Shown: positions 8,919-17,980 of the stretch, in pieces
Position numbering within the stretch: position 1 is the stretch's first letter
Layout of the letters: the number at the start of each line of letters is the position of its first letter
Assembly: GCA_963817635.1 (NCBI GenBank)
Contig: CAWFPR010000027.1
Coordinates: 26,274 to 90,273 of the forward strand
Source of the DNA: an uncultured Acidobacteriota bacterium
GTDB taxonomy: Bacteria; Acidobacteriota; Vicinamibacteria; Vicinamibacterales; 2-12-FULL-66-21
Length of the DNA stretch: 64,000 nucleotides
Direction of reading: 5' to 3'
Program-made: the position numbers and the translations under genes
Notes under the pieces: generated by a model
Databases searched by the model: none
What the model was told of the DNA's origin: nothing
What the model saw: only the letters and a program-made list of their open reading frames with translations

Positions 8919-10066
8919 CGCAACAACTCCTCTGCAAGACGCGGATCGGGAGCGCGGCCACCTCGCGTGCCCGTGCTGGCGGTGAAGGCGTAGCCACCAC
9001 TGCCGCGCCGGCTGCCACCGCCCCCGGCTCCACGTGAGCCGACGACGCGCATGCCGGCGGCGCTGTGGCGACTGAATCCGGATGACGCTTTGCCGGAGGC
9101 GTGGGCGCCGCGGTAGTTGAGCGTCTCCACCTCGAGGTCACGCGTGTGCTCGCGGCCGTCGCGGTCCTCGTAGACGATGCGCGCGTCGGGAAACTGGACG
9201 TGACCGTCCTTCTCGGGAAGGTCGTGGTCCATCGCCCAGCGCGCGATCTCGTCGGGTGCACGATCGGGACGGCCGTCGCTGTCGGGCTTGCCGCGGTTGT
9301 GCTCCTGGAGGAACTGTTGGTACGCGCGTTTCAGCTCGGTGTCGAGCATCACGCGATGAATAACCGCGCCATCCGCGCGCAGCCGGTCGGCCTCGCGTTC
9401 GTAGGCCTGGTAGACCTGCGCGTCGTGCAGCAGCTCGCGCGGGCGTTGAAGGCCGGCGTAGAAGTGCTGATCGCGCTCGTGGCGGTTGCGTTCGAGGACG
9501 TCGCGGCCGCGCTCGGTGAGGACGACGAGCGCACGGCCGTCGCGGACCGGAATGGTTCGCACGAGCTTCTGTTCACGCAGGTGCCGGAGCTCGCCGCTGC
9601 GGGGGTCGAAGGCGTGGCCCCGGCTGTCCCGGAGGTCGCCGGCGTGCACGACGCGGAACGCGCCGGTCGTCGCCAGCGCCCGCGCTTCCGAGCCGCGCAA
9701 GAGGACGCTGTGCTCGCGGAACCACACGCGTTCGCGGTCCGGGCCGCGCGGCAGGTCGAGGTCACGCGTGAACACCTCCCGCGGGTCGCGCGGGTCACGT
9801 TCGAGCGGATCGGACGAGGCGCCTCGACTGCCCTGGTGCAGCTCACGTCCTGATGCCTCTCGTCGAACATCGTCGCGGCGGTCGTCGTCGCGCGGGTCAT
9901 CACTCCAGCGAGGATCGCAGTCCATGGACACCCCTTCGATTGGATGGGGCGGAACTGACGTGCCGCCCGACGCACGCGTGCACAGAACGGCCGCGAAGCG
10001 CCGCGCACGGCCGCATGTGGCCCGTTTCGACGGCGCTTCGCCGACAAGCGCCTTGATTTGCATCAT
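8915..10066 (-). CDS. hypothetical DNA-binding protein (wHTH; Replic_Relax-like), Gly-rich C-terminus
   Basis: 383-aa ORF; Asp/Arg-rich N-terminus, wHTH-like LLRGSEARALATTGAFRVVHAGDL...RALVVLTERGRDVL, Gly-rich tail; function assignment is tentative. Confidence 0.45.
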   Translation of the reverse strand: MMQIKALVGEAPSKRATCGRARRFAAVLCTRASGGTSVPPHPIEGVSMDCDPRWSDDPRDDDRRDDVRREASGRELHQGSRGASSDPLERDPRDPREVFTRDLDLPRGPDRERVWFREHSVLLRGSEARALATTGAFRVVHAGDLRDSRGHAFDPRSGELRHLREQKLVRTIPVRDGRALVVLTERGRDVLERNRHERDQHFYAGLQRPRELLHDAQVYQAYEREADRLRADGAVIHRVMLDTELKRAYQQFLQEHNRGKPDSDGRPDRAPDEIARWAMDHDLPEKDGHVQFPDARIVYEDRDGREHTRDLEVETLNYRGAHASGKASSGFSRHSAAGMRVVGSRGAGGGGSRRGSGGYAFTASTGTRGGRAPDPRLAEELLR

Positions 10067-10081
10067 TTAGCGGCGATTCGT

Positions 10082-10101
10082 GTGGGCCCAAATTTGGGCC
10101 C
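10082..10101. promoter_or_regulatory. perfect 20-bp palindrome TGGGCCCAAATTTGGGCCCA
   Basis: seen directly in sequence, 16 nt upstream of the 383-aa gene start; candidate operator. Confidence 0.45.
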
Positions 10102-10213
10102 AGTCCGGTGCAGAAAGCGGCGATTTGGGGCGAACGACGGCCACGCACGCCGGCGGGGAGCCGACGCGGTAAGTGGCTGTTGGTGTTAGGTTTGTGGAGA
10201 TTCTTGAGAGAAA

Positions 10214-10289
10214 TGGTCGGGGCGACTGGATTCGAACCAGCGACCCCCTGCGCCCAAGGCAGGTGCGCTACCAGGCTGCGCTACGCCCC
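10214..10289 (-). tRNA. tRNA-Pro (anticodon TGG), CCA encoded
   Basis: reverse complement reads GGGGCGTAGCGCAGCCTGGTAGCGCACCTGCCTTGGGCGCAGGGGGTCGCTGGTTCGAATCCAGTCGCCCCGACCA; cloverleaf with anticodon loop CTTGGGC, T-loop GGTTCGAATCC, 7-bp acceptor stem. Confidence 0.9.
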
Positions 10290-10419
10290 GACTGCCCGCA
10301 TTATCCCACATCCCCTCTGCAGCGGTCGCCATCGGCTCTGGCCGAGGAGGAAACGCGGTCCCCGCGCCACCCGCCCCGGACAGAGAAACAGCCCCCGTTG
10401 CGGCTATGATGCCGTGTCC

Positions 10420-11758
10420 ATGCTCCACCAGCTCGGTTCCCTGCCGCGACGGCTCCGCTGGGCGCTGCAACGCTGGAACGCGCCGGCCGACCGCGCCTTC
10501 CACGACGCGCTCTTCGCCAGCCAGCGCTACGACCCGTTCACCTTCGCCTACCCCGGCTACGTCACGATCCGCCGCTTCGCGGATCTCGCCGAAGCGAGGC
10601 TGGGCAACGCGCGGCGAGCGGTCGATCTCGGCTGCGGCCCCGGCGAAATCACCTGCGAGATCGCCCGGCGCCGGCCGGACATCCAGATCACCGGCATCGA
10701 TCACAGCAGCGCCGCCATCGCGCGCGCCAGGGAGCACGCGGCGCGGCTCGAGCTGCCAAACGTCACGTTCGAAGCAGCCGACATCGCCGGCTGGCAACCG
10801 GCCTCACCCGCCGACCTGGTGATGATGTTCGACGCCTTCCACCACGTCCTCGACCCGGCCGCGTTCGTGCGCCACCTGAAGGCGGACCGCTTCTTCCTGA
10901 TCGAACCTGGCGGCGACTGGCTCGGCGGCTGGGCGCGCACGATCGATCTCGACTGGATCCCGAACGCGCTGGACGTGATCCGCGCCCGCATCGCCTGGCA
11001 ACTGGGCGCCACGCCAGCGAGAGTCGCCGGCACGGGGCCAGTGACCGAAGCGACAGCCCGAAACGCCCACGGCGGCGAGCCCGTCGAGCACCGCTATACG
11101 CTCGACGATCTGAAGCAGCTTCTTCGAGGGCTTCGGCCTCGACGCGCGCGGCACGATCGCCGGCGTCGAGGACTATCCGCCGGACCCGTACGGCACCCTG
11201 CCGCTGCGCGAGCCGTTCGGACGGATCTGCTACGACACGCTGGTCGCCATCGAAGACGCTGCTCGTCGCCGAGAATCTCGACCTCCACGCGAAACACTGG
11301 GCGATCTACGCCGAACGCGGCGCGCCCCACACGCTGCGGACGCCGCGAGCGATCGACCCGAACGACTCGGCGCCCCCCGCCCGCCTCCAGGGCGCGTGCG
11401 ACGTCGAATACCTCTCCTACGACGGCGCCGCGAGCGCACCGCCAGGCGCCGCGCTCCTCGTGGGCGTCACCTTCCGCAACCGGAGCTGGCGCACCTGGAA
11501 CAGCGCCGATCCCGCAGGCCCGGTGCTGCTCTCCTATCACTGGCTGGATCGCCGCGGCGCCATCGTCGTGGACGACGGGCTGCGGACGCCGATGCCGCAC
11601 GCGGTTGGGCCGGGGAAACCTGCACGATGTCCTGCAGCATCCGGACGCCCGATCGGCCCGGCGCCTACAGACTGGCGATGGATCTCGTGGAAGAAGGCGT
11701 GACGTGGTTCAGCCGCGCCGGCGCGCCGGTGCTCAGCGTGGACGTCGAGGTCGGTTGA
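10420..11758 (+). pseudogene. class I SAM-dependent methyltransferase with C-terminal beta-rich domain, about 3 frameshifts
   Basis: motif I VDLGCGPGEIT and HSSAAIARAREHAARLELPNVTFEAADIA; the C-terminal portion (LLVGVTFRNRSWRTWNSADPAGPVLLSYHWLD...RLAMDLVEEGVTWFS...SVDVEV) is readable only by switching frames three times between 11125 and 11620. Confidence 0.55.
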
Positions 11759-11831
11759 GGCCGCGGCCGACGCAGGCGCGAGTTCGACGGGCACACCTAC
11801 GCGTGCACGCTCGAATTCAACGCCGCGCCGC

Positions 11832-12876
<1,045 letters not shown>

Positions 12877-12930
12877 GATTTGTCCAGTCCGATCGCGGGG
12901 CGCAGACTGCTAAGATTACCCGATTTCGCG

Positions 12931-13272
12931 ATGCGGTCATCCACAACAATCCGAAAAGTCCTCTTTATCTGCCAGTTCAACCGCTGCCGGAGCGCGACGG
13001 CGGAGCGCCTGTACTGCAAGCGGCCCGATCTCGACGTGCGCTCGGCCGGGACGAGCGACGATGCACTCGTGCGGGTGACCCGGCGGATGCTGGACTGGGC
13101 CGACGTGATCTTCACGATGGATCCGGAACAGCAGCGCGCCCTCTCGCGGATGTTCCCCGCGCACCCGTCCCTGGCGGGGTTGATCTGCCTCGACATTCCG
13201 GACGAATACGGGTTTCTCGATCCGGAACTGGTGCGGCTGCTGGAGGAGCGGGTGCCGCCCCACCTCGTGTAG
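12931..13272 (+). CDS. low-molecular-weight protein-tyrosine-phosphatase / ArsC-like family protein
   Basis: P-loop VLFICQFNRCRSATAE (C-X5-R); ~113 aa; an alternative GTG start exists at 12871. Confidence 0.7.
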   Translation: MRSSTTIRKVLFICQFNRCRSATAERLYCKRPDLDVRSAGTSDDALVRVTRRMLDWADVIFTMDPEQQRALSRMFPAHPSLAGLICLDIPDEYGFLDPELVRLLEERVPPHLV

Positions 13273-13437
13273 GGGCCGCTGGCCGCGCTCCGCTCCGGGT
13301 CCGCGGTCCGCTGTCCGCTGTCCGCTGTCCGGTGTCCGCTGAAACAAACTGCGCTCCCGGCCGCTCAAATCTCCCGTGAACCGGATGATGACGTGGCTCG
13401 TATGTGTACGAAGTTATTCGTAGATTAGGGGGGCCCG

Positions 13438-15888
13438 ATGTTCGAAAGCTGGCTGCAGGATGCGCGCTACTCGTTGCGTCTGCTCCGGAAGAGCCCGATG
13501 TTCACCGCCACCGCGACGCTGTCGCTGGCAATCGGCATAGGGGCAAACGCCACGATCTTCTCGATCGCGAGCGCGCTCCTGCTCCGGCCTCTCCCGGGCC
13601 TCGCCGAGCCGGATCGCCTCGTGGACATCGGCCGAACCGACACCTCCACCCGCTTCGACACGACGTCCTACCCGAACTACAAGGACATCCGCAGCCGGAT
13701 GACGACGGTCCAGGACCTCTATGCCTACGAGATTGAACCGACGCCGATGAGCCTTTCGGAAAACGGCAACGCGGAACGAATCTACGGCGGCGTCGTCTCG
13801 GCCAACTACTTCACGGCGCTCGGCATGCGCCCGGAACTCGGGCGTCTCCTCCGCGACGAGGACGACGCGGTCGTGGGCGGGAGCCCGGTCGCCGTGATCA
13901 GTCACGCGCTCTGGCAGCGCCGTTTCGCCGGCGATCCCGCCATCGTCGGCCGCTCCATCACTCTCAACGGGAGCGCCTTCACCGTCGTCGGCGTCACCCC
14001 GCCGGGCTTCCAGGGCTCGACGGTGATGCGGCACGAACTCTGGGTGCCGATCTCGATGCTGACCCAGGCGATTCCGCGCATGCGACAGACGATGTTCACG
14101 TCGAGGGGCGCGTCGTGGCTGTTCATGGGCGGGCGATTGAAACCGGGTGTGACGGTCGCGCAGGCGAACGCGGAAGCGCATGCGATCGGCGCCGCCCTGG
14201 CCGAAGAGTTTCCGCGCGAGAACCAGGGCAAGTCGCTGACCGTCGCGGCGGCGGCGGCCGTGCCGGGACAGGTGTCGATCATCGCCGGATTCCTCGGACT
14301 GCTGATGACCATCGTCGGGCTCGTACTGCTCATCGCCTGCGTGAACGTCGCGGGGATGCTGCTCGCGCGTGCCGCCGGACGGCGTCGCGAAATCGCCGTG
14401 CGACTGGCGATTGGCGCCGGCCGCCGCCGGCTGATCCGTCAACTGATGACGGAAACGGCCGTCCTCTTCGCGGGCGGCTGCGCGATCGGTCTCCTCCTGA
14501 ACGTGTGGCTGACGAAGCTGGTGCTGCTGCCCATTCCGCAGCTGCCGGTGCCGATTGCGCTCGACATCACGATGGACTGGAGGGTGGTCAGCTTCGCGCT
14601 GGCCGTTTCGTTCGTTGCGGCGCTCCTGTCAGGCCTCGCGCCCGCGCTGCAGGCCTCGGGCGCCGACCTGGTGCCGGCGCTGAAGGCCGATGGGCTCGAC
14701 GGCGGACGGTCGCGGCTGCGCCTGCGCAACGTGTTCGTCGTCGGCCAGGTGGCGATGTCGCTCGTGCTCATCGTTGCCGCGGGCCTGTTCCTGCGCGCGC
14801 TGCACCGCGCCTCGACGGTCGATCCGGGATTCGACCAGGCCAGCGTGGACGTCGTCTCGCTCGACCTGTCGCTCGGGGGGTACAGCGGCGCGAACGGCAA
14901 CACGCTCGTCCGCGATCTGATCGCCCGGACGTCGCAGTTGCCGGGCGTCCAGGCGGCGAGCGCGACGGTGGACCTGCCGCTCGACGGCGGCAGGATGGGT
15001 CTCGGGGGCTACCGCGTGGCCGGCGTCACGCCGCCGAACGGACGCAAGTGGTTCGGCGCGGACTGGAATGTCGTCGCACCCGGATTCTTCGCGACCCTGC
15101 GCCTTCCGCTCGCGCGCGGCCGCGAGTTCACAGAATCCGACACGCCGGACTCGCTCCCGGTGGCGATCGTCAACGAGGCGCTGGCGCGACAGTTCTGGCC
15201 CGACGGCGACGCGCTCGGACGGCAGCTCGAAGTCGAAGGCGACAGCGAGCCGCGGCACCTGACGATCGTCGGCGTGTCCACCGACGCGCGGCTCGTTTCC
15301 CTCTCGGGCGACGCCGAGCCGTACATCTACGTGCCCCTCGCGCAGTACCCGATGAGCAAGGTGCACCTCGTCGTCCGCACGAGCGGCGCCAGCAGCCTCC
15401 CCGCGGTTCGCGGGCTCGTGCGGGAGATGGCCCCGACCCTTCCGGTGATCCAGGCGATGCCGCTGTCCGAGATCACGGCGATCGGCCTCGTGCCGCAGCG
15501 CATCGCCGCCACCGTCGCCGGCAGCCTCGGCATCGTCGGACTGCTGCTTGCCGCGATCGGCATCTACGGGGTCACGTCGTACGCGGTCAGCCGGCGGACG
15601 CGCGAAATCGGGATCCGTATCGCGCTTGGCGCCAATACCTCAACCGTGCTCTCGCTGATTCTCCGCCAGGGCCTGGTGCTCGCGGCGATCGGCGTGGCGA
15701 TTGGCGTCGCGATGGCGGCTGCCGGATCGCAGGTCCTTGGCAGCCTGCTCTTCGGGATCCCGGGACTCGATCCGGTGACCTTCGGCGCGGCGTGCGTGCT
15801 GTTTGCCGCGGTCACGCTCGTCGCGACCTACATCCCGGCGCGGCGCGCCACGAACGTGGACCCGATGATTGCGCTTCGGGATCAGTAG
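13438..15888 (+). CDS. MacB/FtsX-family ABC permease with duplicated permease halves (Acidobacteria 'ADOP' type)
   Basis: 816 aa intact ORF; N-terminal MFESWLQDARYSLRLLRKSPMFTATATLSLAIGIGANATIF; two FtsX 4-TM modules separated by large periplasmic domains; no adjacent ATPase gene. Confidence 0.85.
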   Translation: MFESWLQDARYSLRLLRKSPMFTATATLSLAIGIGANATIFSIASALLLRPLPGLAEPDRLVDIGRTDTSTRFDTTSYPNYKDIRSRMTTVQDLYAYEIEPTPMSLSENGNAERIYGGVVSANYFTALGMRPELGRLLRDEDDAVVGGSPVAVISHALWQRRFAGDPAIVGRSITLNGSAFTVVGVTPPGFQGSTVMRHELWVPISMLTQAIPRMRQTMFTSRGASWLFMGGRLKPGVTVAQANAEAHAIGAALAEEFPRENQGKSLTVAAAAAVPGQVSIIAGFLGLLMTIVGLVLLIACVNVAGMLLARAAGRRREIAVRLAIGAGRRRLIRQLMTETAVLFAGGCAIGLLLNVWLTKLVLLPIPQLPVPIALDITMDWRVVSFALAVSFVAALLSGLAPALQASGADLVPALKADGLDGGRSRLRLRNVFVVGQVAMSLVLIVAAGLFLRALHRASTVDPGFDQASVDVVSLDLSLGGYSGANGNTLVRDLIARTSQLPGVQAASATVDLPLDGGRMGLGGYRVAGVTPPNGRKWFGADWNVVAPGFFATLRLPLARGREFTESDTPDSLPVAIVNEALARQFWPDGDALGRQLEVEGDSEPRHLTIVGVSTDARLVSLSGDAEPYIYVPLAQYPMSKVHLVVRTSGASSLPAVRGLVREMAPTLPVIQAMPLSEITAIGLVPQRIAATVAGSLGIVGLLLAAIGIYGVTSYAVSRRTREIGIRIALGANTSTVLSLILRQGLVLAAIGVAIGVAMAAAGSQVLGSLLFGIPGLDPVTFGAACVLFAAVTLVATYIPARRATNVDPMIALRDQ

Positions 15889-15911
15889 TCGGCGGGCCGT
15901 ATACTGACTTC

Positions 15912-17918
15912 GTGAAGTCCGCGTCCGGCATTCTCCTCTGCGTCGTGTGCACCGCGTGCGGCGGCGGGCGATCGTCTGAGCCCCCGCCGGTTCCGGCTCC
16001 ATCGGCCAGGAACCTCGTCATCATCACGATCGACACGCTCCGCGCCGATCGCGTCGGCGCGTACGGCTACCGGGCGGCGCGCACACCAGCCATCGATGCG
16101 CTGGCGCGCGACGGGATGCGTTTCACCCACGCCTATGCCACCGCGCCGATCACGCTGACCTCCCACGCCAGCCTGATGACCGGGCGCTACCCGGCAGGCC
16201 ACGGCGCGCGGCACAACGGCATGCGGCTGGACCTCTCGACGCCGACGCTGGCTGATGCGCTTTCGCGCGCGGGCTTCGCGACCGGTGGCTTCGTCGGCGC
16301 TTTTCCGCTGGATCGCCGGTTCGGGCTGATCAAGGGCTTCCAGACCTACGGCGATCGCATGCCGCGCGGCGCTCCGGGACACGCCATCAACGAGCGTCCC
16401 GGCCGCCTGGTGGTGGACGAAGCGCTCGCCTGGCTGGCGGCCAATCGCGCCGGGCGGTTCTTCCTGTGGGTCCACCTGTTCGAACCGCATGCCCCATACG
16501 GCAATCCCGCGGATCCGGTCGAGGCCCGCCGGCCCGCGCAGGCGCGATATGACGACGAGGTGTCGGAAGCGGACCGGCAGGTGGCCCGCGTCATCGAAGC
16601 GCTCGGCGCCGACCGCGCCTCGACGCTCGTCGTCTTTGCCGCCGATCACGGAGAGGCCTTCGGCGAGCATGGCGAGATTGGCCACAGCGTCTTCGTCTAC
16701 GACACGACGCTCCATGTGCCGCTCGTGTTCAGCGGCCCCGGGATTCCGGCGGGTCGTACCAGCGACGAGCGGGTGGATCTGATCGACGTCGCGCCAACGG
16801 TGATGCGTGCGCTTGCCGTCACGCCGTTCGACACGGACGGCGTCGATCTGGAGCCGGTGATTTCCGGCGGCGCGCTGCCGGCGCGCGATCTGTATGCGGA
16901 GTCGTTCGCGCCCCTGCTCGATTTCGGGTGGAGCCCGCTGCGCAGCCTCCGGTCCGGTTCCTGGAAGTACATCGCGGCTCCCTCACCTGAGCTGTTCGAC
17001 CTGGCGAGGGATCCAGCCGAGACCACCAACGTCCTCGAGGCGCACAAGGCCGAGGCCGCGGCGCTCGGTGAACGCGTGCAGCGGTTTTCAGGGACCGAGC
17101 TGACCAGGCGTGCGGCGAACGACCCGGAGGCGCTCGCGCGGCTCCAGGCGCTGGGATACGCGTCGGGCTCGAAGGTGGTGACGGACAGCACGCGGCCGGA
17201 TCCGAAGGATCGTCGCGCACTGGCGGCGCGCATCGCGCGGGTCGCGTCGGGCGAACTGCAGGGCCGCGCGCTCGAGCGGGAGCTGCGCGCCATCCTCGCC
17301 GAAGACCCGGCCAACCCCCAGGCGCACCTGCGGCTCGGCTACGTGCTGGTCGACTCGGACCGCTGCGCCGAAGCCGCCGGCCACTTCAGACAGGCGATCG
17401 CCGAGCACCTGCCGTCGGTGGACGCTCATCTCGGGCTCGCCGGCTGCGATGCGGCGGCGCACCGGTTCGACGCCGCGGCCGCGACGCTGCGCCAGGCGGA
17501 GCAGATCGAGCCCGACAACCCTGTCGTCATCGCGAACCTCGGACTCGTGCTCTCGGATGCGGGCCATCCCGATCAGGCGGTCGCGCCGCTGCGCCGCGCG
17601 CTCACGCTCGATCCCGATCTGCACCAGGCGCGCTTCGCGCTCGCGCTCGCGCTCGCGCGCACTGACCATCGCGCCGATGCGTCCGAGACCGCGCGCGAAC
17701 TCCTCCGGCGCCTGCCGCCCGATGCCCCGCAGCGCGCGGAAGTCGAGCGGCTCCTGAGCCGCCCTGCGATAGCGCGCCGCCGTTCGTACCCAATCCATCA
17801 CTCGCCTCCGCGCGATCCAATTCGACGTACGCCGCCCGGGGACAGCGGCGCGATCCCGGCTCCTCGTCCTCGCCGCCTGTCGAATCGTCACACGACCGGC
17901 TGGTGCTCCTTTTGCTGA
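15912..17918 (+). CDS. sulfatase-like (alkaline-phosphatase superfamily) hydrolase/transferase fused to C-terminal TPR repeats
   Basis: LVIITIDTLRADRVGAYGY, GRFFLWVHLFEPHAPY, DHGEAFGEHGE motifs; lipoprotein-like signal; TPR region 17250-17760; the long upstream ORF extension 14115-15911 is antisense overlap with the permease and was not called; canonical C/S-x-P-x-R absent (APITLTSHAS). Confidence 0.8.
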   Translation: MKSASGILLCVVCTACGGGRSSEPPPVPAPSARNLVIITIDTLRADRVGAYGYRAARTPAIDALARDGMRFTHAYATAPITLTSHASLMTGRYPAGHGARHNGMRLDLSTPTLADALSRAGFATGGFVGAFPLDRRFGLIKGFQTYGDRMPRGAPGHAINERPGRLVVDEALAWLAANRAGRFFLWVHLFEPHAPYGNPADPVEARRPAQARYDDEVSEADRQVARVIEALGADRASTLVVFAADHGEAFGEHGEIGHSVFVYDTTLHVPLVFSGPGIPAGRTSDERVDLIDVAPTVMRALAVTPFDTDGVDLEPVISGGALPARDLYAESFAPLLDFGWSPLRSLRSGSWKYIAAPSPELFDLARDPAETTNVLEAHKAEAAALGERVQRFSGTELTRRAANDPEALARLQALGYASGSKVVTDSTRPDPKDRRALAARIARVASGELQGRALERELRAILAEDPANPQAHLRLGYVLVDSDRCAEAAGHFRQAIAEHLPSVDAHLGLAGCDAAAHRFDAAAATLRQAEQIEPDNPVVIANLGLVLSDAGHPDQAVAPLRRALTLDPDLHQARFALALALARTDHRADASETARELLRRLPPDAPQRAEVERLLSRPAIARRRSYPIHHSPPRDPIRRTPPGDSGAIPAPRPRRLSNRHTTGWCSFC

Positions 17919-17980
17919 ACCGGCGGGTCACGCGATTCGCGACGCGAATCGCCTGTCCTTTCATCAGGAGGCAGCAGAGC

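Noticed and set aside
10108-10419. 5' part of the 629-aa ORF 10108..11997, and ORF 10186..10797 on the minus strand
   Set aside because: They run straight through the tRNA-Pro gene. The real coding sequence starts at 10420.
14115-15911. 5' 1.8 kb of the 1267-aa ORF 14115..17918
   Set aside because: Arg/Ala/Gly-rich junk translation antisense to and overlapping the well-supported FtsX permease. The real gene starts at 15912 with a signal peptide.
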